From a virus, in IMG/VR virus record IMGVR_UViG_3300036817_000176, positions 1 through 64,000 of that record: a DNA stretch of 64,000 nucleotides. The stretch is one strand, 5' to 3'. The position numbers were made by a program, and so were the translations under genes. The notes below the pieces were generated by a model. It was not told the origin of the DNA. It made no database searches and worked only from the letters and a program-made list of their open reading frames with translations. Below, piece by piece: positions 36,778 through 47,400 of the stretch (position 1 is its first letter; every line of letters begins with the position of its first letter).

Positions 36778-38418
36778 ATGCAAAACATGCAAGCCGTTAA
36801 AGCCCGCGCTGCGCTGATCGAGAACCTGAGCAGCGCGGTCACCAAAGTCTGTATTACCTCTCAACTTGCCGACGGCAAGCTCATCGCCGACTCCAACGCT
36901 CGCATGAGTGCTATTGCTGAAGCTGCAGCTGAGAGCCCGATGTTCGATGCCCTGGGTGATCGTTCTGCCATGGTGGCCACGGCGTGGGCCTCCGCGATCA
37001 ACGGCTATTTCGATTCTTACGATCGTATGCCGTCCAAAGAAATCCTGGCTTCCGCTGCGCAGGCGCTGGCCAACATCACCGTGGATATCGAGGGCGCGAA
37101 AGAAGTGGCGATGCTGGACTCCGTGCGCTCCTCCCTGTCCACCACGGAAGGTATCGAGATCCGTGCGAAACAGGCGGCGCTGATCCTGCCTACCCTGCTG
37201 ATGTGTGCGACCTCTGACGCCGTGACCTACATCCCGGCGCAGGCTAACGAAGCTGAAATTTTCCAGGTTCGTCGCGTGGCTGGCTCCAACTTCGGTGACT
37301 ACGAACAGGGCGACGCGCTGGATAACTCCGCGTATGGCCAGTATTCCAGCCTGAACCAGATTTACGCGTTCCCGTCAGACCAGCAGCCGGATGGCACCAA
37401 AAAAGCCTTTATCTACGATTCGGCCGTTGCCGGTTTTGCGAAGGCCCTTCCGTTCAAGAAAGGCACCGTCAAGCTGTGGCTGGACGGCAAAGTGGTGGCG
37501 ACCGAAGTCGAAGGCCAGACCGGTAAGCTGTACGGCACCACGCTGGTGGGCGGTACCGAAGTCGTTATTAACGGCACCGTGACCCCGAACATTGGCAAGG
37601 TCGAGCTGAACCTCGCCACGGCGCTGAGCGCTGGCCAGCTGATGCTGCTGGAATACGACGTGGACATCGAGAAGAACCCGGACCTGATCCCGGTCATCGC
37701 CAACGATATGCGTTCCTTCAAGCTGCGCCCGCACGAATCTGCGCTGGCCGCTGAGCACACTATCCAGGCGTACTGGACCATGAACCGCGAGTTCGGCATC
37801 GACACCCGCTCCATGCAGATGTCCGACCTGCGTAACTTCCTGGCCTACGAGAAAGACGTGCGTAACCTGCGCAAGATGATCCTGGCTATCTCCAAGAACT
37901 ACACCTTCCCGCTGGCTGTGCCGGAAGGTCAGTATTTCAAAGAGCACTACGAAACCCTCAACAAGCTGCTGCTGCAAATCTCCCAGGATATGCAGGTCAA
38001 GACCGAAGTATCCGGTCTGGTCGGCCTGTATTGCGGCCCGCAGGCATCCGCAGTGATCAAGTCTCTGGGTGCGCCGCACTTCCAGATGGTTGACGGCTAC
38101 CGCCAGGTAAACCGTGTTCACTACGTCGGCCGCCTGTTTGGCCAGTTCAAGATCTACGAAGTGCCGGTGGAAATTGAAGTCATCAAGGGCGTGCCGTCCA
38201 CCAAGCTCGGGACCTTCGACTGCCTGTGCTACGCCCGTGGTGAAGGCCACGCGGAAGCGGGCATTGTCGTTGGTGATGCGGTACCGGCCACCATCTACAA
38301 CCACAACGTTTCTACCGCGCTCAAAGACCGCAACACGATCTGGGAGCTCGCGTACTGCGACATCCACCCGAACGACGGCGGCCGTTACTTCGCGCGCCTG
38401 ACCATGATTCCTGCCTGA
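36778..38418 (+). CDS. major capsid protein gp23
   Basis: 546 aa; DVDIEKNPDLIPVI; first gene of the 23-22-21 operon. Confidence 0.85.
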   Translation: MQNMQAVKARAALIENLSSAVTKVCITSQLADGKLIADSNARMSAIAEAAAESPMFDALGDRSAMVATAWASAINGYFDSYDRMPSKEILASAAQALANITVDIEGAKEVAMLDSVRSSLSTTEGIEIRAKQAALILPTLLMCATSDAVTYIPAQANEAEIFQVRRVAGSNFGDYEQGDALDNSAYGQYSSLNQIYAFPSDQQPDGTKKAFIYDSAVAGFAKALPFKKGTVKLWLDGKVVATEVEGQTGKLYGTTLVGGTEVVINGTVTPNIGKVELNLATALSAGQLMLLEYDVDIEKNPDLIPVIANDMRSFKLRPHESALAAEHTIQAYWTMNREFGIDTRSMQMSDLRNFLAYEKDVRNLRKMILAISKNYTFPLAVPEGQYFKEHYETLNKLLLQISQDMQVKTEVSGLVGLYCGPQASAVIKSLGAPHFQMVDGYRQVNRVHYVGRLFGQFKIYEVPVEIEVIKGVPSTKLGTFDCLCYARGEGHAEAGIVVGDAVPATIYNHNVSTALKDRNTIWELAYCDIHPNDGGRYFARLTMIPA

Positions 38419-38462
38419 TAACCCGCGGTGCGGCTTCGGCCGCGCCCTTCTTGAGGGACGTT

Positions 38463-38927
38463 ATGAAACTTATCGTTATCAACTCCACCGGGCGCCACTG
38501 CTATATCGGGCACCTTAACCATCCCGGTATCAGCATTGAGCCTGTTTCCAAGGTCAATGAGCCGCAGCACTTCGACCTGCCGGAAAACCTGGTTGGCTAC
38601 TTTGTTCGCGCCATCAACACCCTGCTGCCGCAGACCACTGTGCTGCAGGGCGAAGAGGCGGAAGCCTTTGCCAGTGCCCTTAACGAACCGACTCCTGACG
38701 TTGAGCCGCTGCCGATCGTGGAGCAGCCGCCAGTCGTTGATCCGGTCGTAGAAGTGCCACCAGCCATCGAGCTGATCCCCGAGCTGCAACCCGTAGTCGA
38801 GCAGACTGCAGAGCTGCCACCAGTTGTTGAGCAGCAGACCACCGAACCGGCCCCTGAAGCTGAACAGCCGCAGGCTCCTGCAGCTGAGAGCAAAAGCAAA
38901 AAATCCACCCGTCAGAAACAGGAGTAA
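38463..38927 (+). CDS. hypothetical protein with Pro/Glu-rich tail
   Basis: GAGGG RBS; lies between capsid and sheath genes. Confidence 0.7.
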   Translation: MKLIVINSTGRHCYIGHLNHPGISIEPVSKVNEPQHFDLPENLVGYFVRAINTLLPQTTVLQGEEAEAFASALNEPTPDVEPLPIVEQPPVVDPVVEVPPAIELIPELQPVVEQTAELPPVVEQQTTEPAPEAEQPQAPAAESKSKKSTRQKQE

Positions 38928-38932
38928 GCCGT

Positions 38933-40519
38933 ATGTCTACCATCCCGTTCAGCCTGAGCCAGGTCGCCCAGGTTGCCGTACAAGCGATTGATACCTCTGC
39001 CACGCTCTCCGCTGGTGGCACGGGCGGAGAGTCGGTGTTTGCGGGGATCGTTATCTCCGAAACGGGCGCCCCGTTCGAGCTGCTGCATATCAACAAATCG
39101 AACTGGAAAACGAAGCTCGGCGCACCGTACCACCCATCACTGGGGCAGACCGTTGCCGAGCCGCTGCGCCATGTGAGCGACGCCGTGAACGGTGGCGAAG
39201 GCTATGTGGTTCGCGTGGTATCTGAGGATGCACGTCGCCCGGTGCTGTTCATTCAGCGCAACGACAACGGCGGTACCATTACCTTTGACACCATGCCGGG
39301 CGCACTGTCCTTCAACACCCCGCTCGAGCTGCCACAAGCCGGTGGCGCGCTGCTGGGTCTGGCCGTGAAAGATGGTAACGTCAGCGGCCGTAGCCTGAGC
39401 ATGACCGCGATCGCCAGCAAACCGGGTTCGTACATGCTGACCGTCTCCGCAACCGACAAATTCGGTGTGGATTACGTCGTTGAAGAGATCGAGGTGTCCT
39501 TCAGCACCGACGCCACCAACGACATGGGCGAAAGCACCTTCATTCTGGATCGTATGCAGTCCACCAGCACCGTTCTGGAAGCGGTATTCGATGCAGAAGT
39601 AGACCGCACCGGCTTCACCGGCTTCAGCAAAATCACCCTGTCTGGCGGCACGCTGGGCGATCAGAAGGCTATCCAGCCTGAGCAGTACGCGAAGGCCGTG
39701 GGTATCCTGCGCAGCGCGCTGGTTGGTTATACCGCCGTGCTGGGCCTGGGCTGCTATGACGTGACCACCATGGCGGCTCTGGGTGACGTGGCCCGCGATC
39801 GTCGCGTGGACGCGTTCGTGGACCTGGCGCCGGGTAACACCTACGCCAAGGCGCTCACTGCAGCGAAAGCCCTCAACCTGAACAACAACCACCTTTGTCT
39901 GTATCACTTCCCGTACAGCGCGAAGGACCCGCATAGCGGTGGCCGTGCAATCTGGGGTATCTCCGGTGTCGCCTTCTGCGCGAAAGCTGCAGGTGTGGCG
40001 CAGGCTACCGGCAACGTCGGCGGCTGGCACTACTCACCGGCGGGCGCCGATCGCGGCATCATCGACCGTCGTGAAATTCAGATCCTCCCGGGTGTCGGTG
40101 AGTCTGACGAGAAGGCGATGTATACGGCCCGTATCAACAAAATCGGCCTGAGCCCGTCGGGTCAGCTGATGATTGACGACGCCATCACCTGCCGCACGTC
40201 GGAAGACTACCTGCGCTTCCAGCACGTCTCCTCGGTGATGAATGCAATCTCCCGTCAGTTCTTCAGCCTGGCGTCCCAGCTCAAGCACTCCCCGGACGGT
40301 CTGACCTACGACGGTCTGTACCGTGGCATGACCAACATCCTCGATGGCTACGTGTCCTCTGAAGCGCTGGTGGCACCACGTAACCCCGATGAAGACGGCG
40401 ATTCTCCGTACATCCTGAGCGTGGAACAGATCGAAATGGACTACTGGGAAGTGCGCTGGAAATGCTGCGTCACCGGCACCGCTCGTCGAATCATGGGCTC
40501 CCCTTCACTCATTCGTTAA
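38933..40519 (+). CDS. tail sheath protein gp22
   Basis: GWHYSPAG..RG, IDDAIT and YLRFQHV motifs. Confidence 0.85.
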   Translation: MSTIPFSLSQVAQVAVQAIDTSATLSAGGTGGESVFAGIVISETGAPFELLHINKSNWKTKLGAPYHPSLGQTVAEPLRHVSDAVNGGEGYVVRVVSEDARRPVLFIQRNDNGGTITFDTMPGALSFNTPLELPQAGGALLGLAVKDGNVSGRSLSMTAIASKPGSYMLTVSATDKFGVDYVVEEIEVSFSTDATNDMGESTFILDRMQSTSTVLEAVFDAEVDRTGFTGFSKITLSGGTLGDQKAIQPEQYAKAVGILRSALVGYTAVLGLGCYDVTTMAALGDVARDRRVDAFVDLAPGNTYAKALTAAKALNLNNNHLCLYHFPYSAKDPHSGGRAIWGISGVAFCAKAAGVAQATGNVGGWHYSPAGADRGIIDRREIQILPGVGESDEKAMYTARINKIGLSPSGQLMIDDAITCRTSEDYLRFQHVSSVMNAISRQFFSLASQLKHSPDGLTYDGLYRGMTNILDGYVSSEALVAPRNPDEDGDSPYILSVEQIEMDYWEVRWKCCVTGTARRIMGSPSLIR

Positions 40520-40531
40520 TGGAGTAAAAGT

Positions 40532-41227
40532 ATGCGTAATCCTCAAGGTTTTGCCGGTGCTGCAGCTGGCAGTGAGTTTGGCCAGGCGGTGGCCATGTTT
40601 GACGGGGTGCAGCAGACGCCCCAGGACAGCGTATCCGAGCGTGCATTTTTCGACTCGGTAACCCCTGAGCAGATGCTCGATGCCGTGTCCGCTGCAGCCG
40701 ATCAGGTCGCGCGTGCGGATGCCATGGCGATGGCCATTGAGTGGGTCGCTGATGGCGACGACTCCGCAGAAGGCCTCGACATCTACGCGCAGGCGCTGGC
40801 TGACGTGGACGAAGACGGCGAAGTGTCCGGTGATGAAGAGCAGGACCTGTACGAAACCTCGCTGACCCTGATGGCAGAGGCGCTGGTATCGCTGGGTGTG
40901 CCTGCGCAGGTTGCCAGTGATGCGATGAACGGTGACGACACTGCAGCGGCTAAAGCCTTCGTGGCGGCCGGTGACAAGCTGGAAGGTGACGTGGACGTGG
41001 ACGAAGTGATCGCCGCGTTCTCCGTGCGTGAAACGATGATGCTGGACGCCGTGAAAAAGGTCATTCGTGACGGCAAGCTCACGCTGATCCGCCGTCCGCT
41101 GCGCAAGAAACGCCTGTCAGCAGCCCAGCGAGCGGCCCTGAAAAAGGCCCGCGCGAAGGCCAACACGGCATCGGCCCGCACGGCACGCCGTAAGTCGATG
41201 CGTATCCGTGCATCCCGCGGCCTGTAA
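40532..41227 (+). CDS. gp21-like protein
   Basis: Acidic body with basic tail RLSAAQRAALKKAR; synteny. Confidence 0.75.
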   Translation: MRNPQGFAGAAAGSEFGQAVAMFDGVQQTPQDSVSERAFFDSVTPEQMLDAVSAAADQVARADAMAMAIEWVADGDDSAEGLDIYAQALADVDEDGEVSGDEEQDLYETSLTLMAEALVSLGVPAQVASDAMNGDDTAAAKAFVAAGDKLEGDVDVDEVIAAFSVRETMMLDAVKKVIRDGKLTLIRRPLRKKRLSAAQRAALKKARAKANTASARTARRKSMRIRASRGL

Positions 41228-41243
41228 GTAACGAGGGGGAGCA

Positions 41244-41840
41244 ATGGCTATTGTCGGCGTGAGCACCAAAGACGGGATCAGCGGGTACCTCAAGGTATAC
41301 ATCACCCAGGGGGATACCACTGTGGTCGGTTACATCGCAGAGGGGGCTTCAAAGACCCTGAGCTCGAACTGGACCAGCCCGTTTGAGAGCGACACGTTAG
41401 GCAGCACCGGCGGCGGCAGTAAGGCCGCCGGGATAGCCCAGTCGCTGCAGTCTGGCGAGGGTGAGGGCAAGCTGACCACCGTCTCGCAGCACAACTCCGT
41501 CATGGTATGGGAGGGCACCAGCCCGCCCACACTCAACCTGCCCGTGTACTTTCAGGCCTACGCTGACGCCAAGCTGGAAGTGGAGGACGCGATCCAGGCG
41601 CTGGAGCGTTTCGCCTCCCCTGAACTGAATGCGTATATGCCGCTCGGGCGCTCCCCCCAGCTGGTGGTGATCGACGTGGGTCGGCGCTTCAAAATCCTGA
41701 ATGCGCTGCTTACTGAGGTCACCAGCGAACTGGACGCCCCAAGGACAAGCGAGGGTTACATGATCCGAAACGCCGTCAACCTCACGGTGACGCCGGACAG
41801 GATGGTTAACGCCTCGGAACTGCAATCTATGTACCCATAA
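41244..41840 (+). CDS. pmgG: PmgG-like tail tube initiator
   Basis: WTSPFE and VMVWEGT motifs; synteny. Confidence 0.7.
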   Translation: MAIVGVSTKDGISGYLKVYITQGDTTVVGYIAEGASKTLSSNWTSPFESDTLGSTGGGSKAAGIAQSLQSGEGEGKLTTVSQHNSVMVWEGTSPPTLNLPVYFQAYADAKLEVEDAIQALERFASPELNAYMPLGRSPQLVVIDVGRRFKILNALLTEVTSELDAPRTSEGYMIRNAVNLTVTPDRMVNASELQSMYP

Positions 41841-41849
41841 GGATCCACT

Positions 41850-42350
41850 ATGTCTGGACATACCAATACCAAGAGCAGCCTGGGGCTGCTGAAAACCAAG
41901 TTCAGGAAGAACCTCGATGCAGGCGAAAAGCTGTTAGGTGCCGAGTTCGAAATGAACATCGACGGCTACCCGGAGCTCTCCGTGCTGATTCGTGCGGCGC
42001 AGATGCCTGCTATGGGGCGCGCTGACGTGGAAGACTTCGGTCCAATGGGGCTTAACTTCACCCAGCACGGCCCGCTCGAGAACAAGGGCGAGATTACCAT
42101 CAACGCGGTGGAAACCATCAAGGGCCCGGTTGTGCGTGCGCTGCAGGACATTATCCGTGGCAAGAAGTACGTGGACATCACCATGAAACCGACCCCGGAA
42201 TCCCTGGACGGCAAACCGGCTAAGGGCATGACCTGCCGTATGGAGCACTGCAAACTGCGCAGCGATGCGATCGAGTTCAGTACCGAAGATGTGGGGTCCC
42301 TGGTGAAGCCGTCAATCACTGTGACCTACAACTGGTCTGAGTGGGAGTAA
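41850..42350 (+). CDS. bplB: BplB tail tube-fold protein
   Basis: GHTNTK, DVEDFGP, QHGP, DAIEFSTED and YNW match recalled P1 BplB. Confidence 0.85.
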   Translation: MSGHTNTKSSLGLLKTKFRKNLDAGEKLLGAEFEMNIDGYPELSVLIRAAQMPAMGRADVEDFGPMGLNFTQHGPLENKGEITINAVETIKGPVVRALQDIIRGKKYVDITMKPTPESLDGKPAKGMTCRMEHCKLRSDAIEFSTEDVGSLVKPSITVTYNWSEWE

Positions 42351-42357
42351 ACATCCT

Positions 42358-42382
42358 AACCCCGTCTTAGGGCGGGGTTTTT
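42358..42382 (+). terminator. intrinsic terminator
   Basis: AACCCCGTC-TTAG-GGCGGGGTTTTT. Confidence 0.75.
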
Positions 42383-42417
42383 ACTGACCACCAGCACATA
42401 ACCACGAGGTCCCTGCG

Positions 42418-42975
42418 ATGACAGCTACCGAACTACTCAATGCGGTAAAAAATCGTTTTTCGGTGCTGCTGGTAGGCGAAACCCAGCAACGCCAGTTACT
42501 CGTTGATGCCCTCGGCCAGTATCAGGATCTGGCTGGCGTCACCAAAACCGTCAAGCTCACCGAGCTGAAGGCCTATACCACACCACCGGATTTTCTGGCC
42601 CCCGTTGTGGCCACCGATGACGCCGGTAATTACACCCCCATGGAAGTGACCACCGACGACGACGGCGCAACCATCGTCGAACCGGACGCCAGCGCCATTG
42701 TGCCGGTGCGCTTCACCTACCTCGTCAACCTGCGCGCCATTGACCTGGACAAGTACCAGATCCCACCGACCGCCGTCGGGATGATTCAGGACTATCTCGA
42801 GCTGCTGATCGCCATCCCGAACGATGATCGTGTTTCCAGCATCCAGGAGGCAGGCAAGCTCGATATCTCCCGCGTACCGGCACCAGCTGACCGGGAAACC
42901 CAGCTCGCCACCCTGCGCGAAGCCATGAAGTCCCAGCGGGCCATCATGCCAATGATCACCATCCATCCGTACTGA
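42418..42975 (+). CDS. pmgC: PmgC-like head-tail adaptor
   Basis: LLNAVKNRFSVL..ALGQYQD; synteny. Confidence 0.65.
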   Translation: MTATELLNAVKNRFSVLLVGETQQRQLLVDALGQYQDLAGVTKTVKLTELKAYTTPPDFLAPVVATDDAGNYTPMEVTTDDDGATIVEPDASAIVPVRFTYLVNLRAIDLDKYQIPPTAVGMIQDYLELLIAIPNDDRVSSIQEAGKLDISRVPAPADRETQLATLREAMKSQRAIMPMITIHPY

Positions 42976-42984
42976 GGAAGCGCT

Positions 42985-43473
42985 ATGGGCCTGTTAGACA
43001 GACAGCGACGGATCATCAAACAGCTGGTGGAGACGCCCTTCCAGCAGGGCTGGCAGTTCCGCGTTGAGTGCGATGGCCAGCCGTCGGACCTGGATATCTA
43101 CGTGAAGGAAATTACCTACGGCGGCACCACCATCGAGTACGACACGAAGGTGATTGGCGCCCTCGCGTTTACGTCTCCGAACAACAAAACGCCGCCCATC
43201 ATCACCCTGACCGTGCGTGACCATGAGGACGGCCGCGTGCTGGCGTTTTTCCAGAAGAAATGCGACGGCGTAATTAACAAGGATGGCACCGTCAACGTGC
43301 CCGCGAAGTACCTGTTCAAGCTGCGCCTGTTCCGGCTCATGAGCGACGACAGTGAAAAGCTCGATACCGAATGGGAAGTTTCGCCCGCGTCCTGGGGCGA
43401 GATTCCCCGTGACCGTTCCGCGCCGGGCGAGTTCGTCAGCATTCCAATGACATTCCAGACCTACCACTCCTGA
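42985..43473 (+). CDS. tub: Tub-like tail protein
   Basis: FQQGWQFRVE..KEITY..VINKDGTVNVP. Confidence 0.75.
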   Translation: MGLLDRQRRIIKQLVETPFQQGWQFRVECDGQPSDLDIYVKEITYGGTTIEYDTKVIGALAFTSPNNKTPPIITLTVRDHEDGRVLAFFQKKCDGVINKDGTVNVPAKYLFKLRLFRLMSDDSEKLDTEWEVSPASWGEIPRDRSAPGEFVSIPMTFQTYHS

Positions 43474-43483
43474 GAGAGCACCC

Positions 43484-44323
43484 ATGATTTCAATACCTCC
43501 GTATCCGCTCCCCAGCGCCCCTGAGAAGAAGATCCACTTCCGGGCGCCTACCGTTGCCGATTGCATCGACTTTAGCGACCTGCGTCCTGAGCTCGAGGAG
43601 CAATCGACCACGGAATACCTGACCCAGCTGCAGGAAGGTGGCGAGGTCAGCAACCCTGCGCTATGGACCGCGCAGGACCGCCGCACCGCGTTGTGGTGGA
43701 TTTTTGTGTCCAGCGCTGCTGACACCTCCCTGGCCTACTCGTACCCGTGCCAGCACTGCGGGGAAACCCATCACGTTGATATCGATCTGGTGGACCTGGA
43801 CGACATGGCCACCGCACTGGACCGCCCGCCGTTCATGGAAGGCGAAGTGCGGGTAAACGGCGAGTTTAAAGCCGCCCGTTTCCATCCGCTGGACGGCCGC
43901 GCCGTGACGCACCTCGAGGAGCTGCGCATGGAGCTCGAGAACAGCGAACCGGCACGTCACAAACGCCTGAAGACGGAAATGAAAGTCGCCGAGATCCTTC
44001 ATTCGTTCACGTTGCTGGAGTGGGCCGATCTGCCCTGGGAGGAAGCGCTGGCCAAAAAGCGCGAGCTCGTCACCGCTATGGACCGGGAAAGCGAATACAA
44101 GCCGCTGGTGGCGCAATGCCTTATTGCGGCCGCCGAGCTGCGTCACGGGCTTGCGGTAGAGATTAACGAGGGCCGGGTCGATCTCGTATCACCGGCGCTC
44201 CCGTGCGAAACCTTCCTGGCAAAACAGAAGGAACAGAGCGAAGAGGAGGCAGCGGGCGAGCCGGTACCGGCGACTGTCCTGCTGCTGCGATTTCGGGCTG
44301 GCCAATTCATTCCAGCAATTTAG
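43484..44323 (+). CDS. pmgB: PmgB-like tail assembly chaperone
   Basis: WTAQDRRTALWWIF and CQHCG motifs; immediately precedes the tape measure gene. Confidence 0.75.
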   Translation: MISIPPYPLPSAPEKKIHFRAPTVADCIDFSDLRPELEEQSTTEYLTQLQEGGEVSNPALWTAQDRRTALWWIFVSSAADTSLAYSYPCQHCGETHHVDIDLVDLDDMATALDRPPFMEGEVRVNGEFKAARFHPLDGRAVTHLEELRMELENSEPARHKRLKTEMKVAEILHSFTLLEWADLPWEEALAKKRELVTAMDRESEYKPLVAQCLIAAAELRHGLAVEINEGRVDLVSPALPCETFLAKQKEQSEEEAAGEPVPATVLLLRFRAGQFIPAI

Positions 44324-44477
44324 CCTGGCCGACTGGATGACCATCATCAAGAACCTGACGGTCTACGGTGGCCAGCCGGTTGATAGCGTCATGAGCTCCA
44401 GCGCCCGCCTGATTTCCACCATCAATGACGGGCTGGTGGAGCGATTCAAACCGAAGAAACGGAGCAACTATGCGTGA
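44292..44477 (+). CDS. +1-frame extension of the tail chaperone (frameshift product)
   Basis: Open +1 frame from TTT_CGG at 44291 to a TGA overlapping the sit start. Confidence 0.55.
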   Translation, partial: FGLANSFQQFSLADWMTIIKNLTVYGGQPVDSVMSSSARLISTINDGLVERFKPKKRSNYA

Positions 44478-47400
44478 CGATACCCAGGACGAGAAGCGCA
44501 CCGTACTGGCCGAGGCGGTAGAGGCCACCCCGGCTGTTGCGAGCGCGGCCGGGCGGCAGAACATCGGGGGGATGCCTAACGTCCCGGGCGTGGAGGAGTT
44601 TACCAGCGTCAGCGTCATTGAAGAGCTGGCTCACCTGACCGAAACGGTGGAGCGCCAGGGCACCGATCAGCAACGGATTCTGGTCGATATTTTCCGCCAG
44701 TTAAGGGATGGTGCTGGCCCTGACAATGCAGACCTGAAAAACCCACAAAAGGGAAAACAAGGGAAATTAAGCACTGAACAACCAACACCTATTAGTGAAA
44801 TAGAGACTAAAACGGATATTTATGGTTCCGAAAAGGGAAAAACGGAACCGAAAAGGACCGACAACCGACGCCCCAAATTATCCGAATCGACACCTGAAAG
44901 GAAAATAACGGTAAATAAAGTTATTTCAGGAACCGAAAAGGGAAAATCAGCACCAAAAAAGGAAAGAAGAGAAACACCTGTAGAGGAGCCAGTAACGGCC
45001 CCGACAGCACGCAAGACAGCCAGTGAGGCACGCGCGCGCCGCACGGTAACCCTCGGCGACACACCACCAGCACCAACCGTAGCCGAGCCAGTGACCGCTG
45101 TAAGTGACGCAGCTGCAGTGACCGATGTCGTCAGCCAACCGGCCGAACCGACAACACCGGTACCGCCGACACCGGCGCGCACCAGTGCAGACTCACCGCC
45201 TGAAAACAGCTCCCGCGCCGACGGCTTTTATCTGGGCGATGACGGACGGGTTCGCCGACCGGATGGCCGCTTTGCTAACCGGGTGGAGGTCCGACGCTTT
45301 AACCGGGATACCGGCAGCAGCAGCGGCGAGGGAGACAATGCTGCAGGTGATTCATCACTGCTGAAAAAAGCGGTCGGGATGCTCGGCGGCAAGGGTAGCC
45401 ATAGCCTCGCCGAAACGGACGCCGCTGATACCGCTGGCGTGGCTGCAGGTAGCTCTTTCTGGATGGCCGCCAAAGAAGTTAAGGGCATGGCCGATGAGGT
45501 CAAGGATGCGCTGAACGAGCGCGAGATCACCAGCGCCAAAGGGGCCAAAGCCTACGCCAAAGACAAGGCGCAGAAACTCTGGGGCGTGATTAAGAAGCCG
45601 TTTGGCACCGCGGCCGACAGTGAGACGGCCACACCGCCACCGGCGACAACCGTGGCCAACCCTGACCCCGGGCCGGGACCGGTGAATGATGTCGGGATCG
45701 GGGAGCGTAAGAATCAGGAGCAAACCGAGAACGCGCGCGCGGATGCGATCCGCCGCAAGGAGCAAGCCCAGACCCAGGAGCAGCACACGGAGGTCCTGGA
45801 TCGTCTGGATGCCCTGATTGATGCGTCCAAAAACCGGCAGCGCGGGCTGGCCGGTGAAAAGCTCAAGAGCTGGTTAGATGGCCGGGGCGACAAAGAGGGG
45901 CGCAGGGGGCGGAAGGGTCGTAAGGGACGGGGTAAGGGACCGTTCAGCCGTAGCGCCGGTGCAGACCCGGACGCGCGCAGGCGGGGCCGCCAGACAGGCG
46001 CGGATCGCACGCGTACCACTCGCCCGGGTATCGAGCGCACCACCAGCGCGGGTGACCTGCCCGATCTGTCGTCTTCCCGTCGTGAGCCGGGCCGAACCGG
46101 CCGCCAGGGTAGCGCGCCCGATCGCCCGTCAGCACGCCGTGAACCGGTTCGCGCCGGTCGCCGCGGACGAATGCCGCGCCTCGGTGCCGTCACTGAAGGT
46201 CTGAGCACCGTAACCAGCCGGGGAACCGAAACCCTCGCAAGGGCGGCGAAGACCGGACCCATTGCGCGCGTGGCAGCAGCTATGCCGCGCGTGGGTGCTC
46301 CGCTGGCATCCGTGGCCAGCATGAGCGGCGTCACCGGCGGTGTACTGAATACCGCCGTCAATACCGCCACCACGGCCGGGAAAGGAGCTGCTGCAGTCGG
46401 TAAGGGCGTGCTCTCTGCAGGCAAAGGGGCGCTCGAGGTGGGCGGACGTGGCGCACTGGCGATGGGTGGCCGTGCCATTCCGCTGATCGGTGCGGCAATG
46501 ACCGCCTATGACGCTTACACCGGCTTTAACGACGAGGAAGCGCAGCGCCGCACGTTTGGCATCAAGGATGACACCGCTCCGACGACCGGTCAGAAGACGG
46601 CTATGGCGGCCGGGCAGGTGCTCGATATGGGTGGGCTTACCTCGGGGCTGTCCGGCCTGCTGGCGAGCGGCGCGGGGGCGCTGGGCATGACGAACCTGGA
46701 GAAGTCCCTGACGTTCGACTCTGACGACATCGCCCGCAAGGTATACGACGCCTTCAGCAACGACAAATCCATGGCCCGTATGGGCGTGAAAGAAGGGGAT
46801 TCAGGCACGGCACTGCAGAAGATCACTTCTGGCGTGGCAACGGCGGCAAACCTGGGCGGCATCGTCTCGGGAACGGCCAGCCTGCTGGGCGGGATAGCGG
46901 AGGATCTGGGCTTTGACGGGGCTAAAAAGGCGCTGACCTTCGACACCGGCGATCTGGCGGAGTCGCTTTATGACTTCTTCGGCCCGCTGCTGGGGGACAA
47001 AAACACCGGCCAGAACGGTCCGGTAACCATCAACATGAGTACCGCGCGTTATGAAACTGCAAGCGCGCGCCAGAGCATAACGGAGGCAGATGTGAAACAG
47101 GCAGGCAAGCAGTATGACTTCAGCGAAGTGGAGCAGGCTAACGGCTTACCTCCAGGCTTTATGAACGCCATGGCCGCTGTGGAAAGTGGCGGTAATCCGC
47201 TGGCGTACAACGCGTCCGGCGCTGCTGGGATGTTCCAGCTGATGCCCAAAACCGCAGCGTCGCTGGGCGTAACCGACCCGTATGACGTGAAACAGTCAGC
47301 GAACGCGGCGGCCAAGCTCGCCACGGACAACGCCCGCTATTTCACCAAACAGACGGGACGCGTGCCGGAAGGCCGCGAGCTGTATCTACTCCACCAGCAG

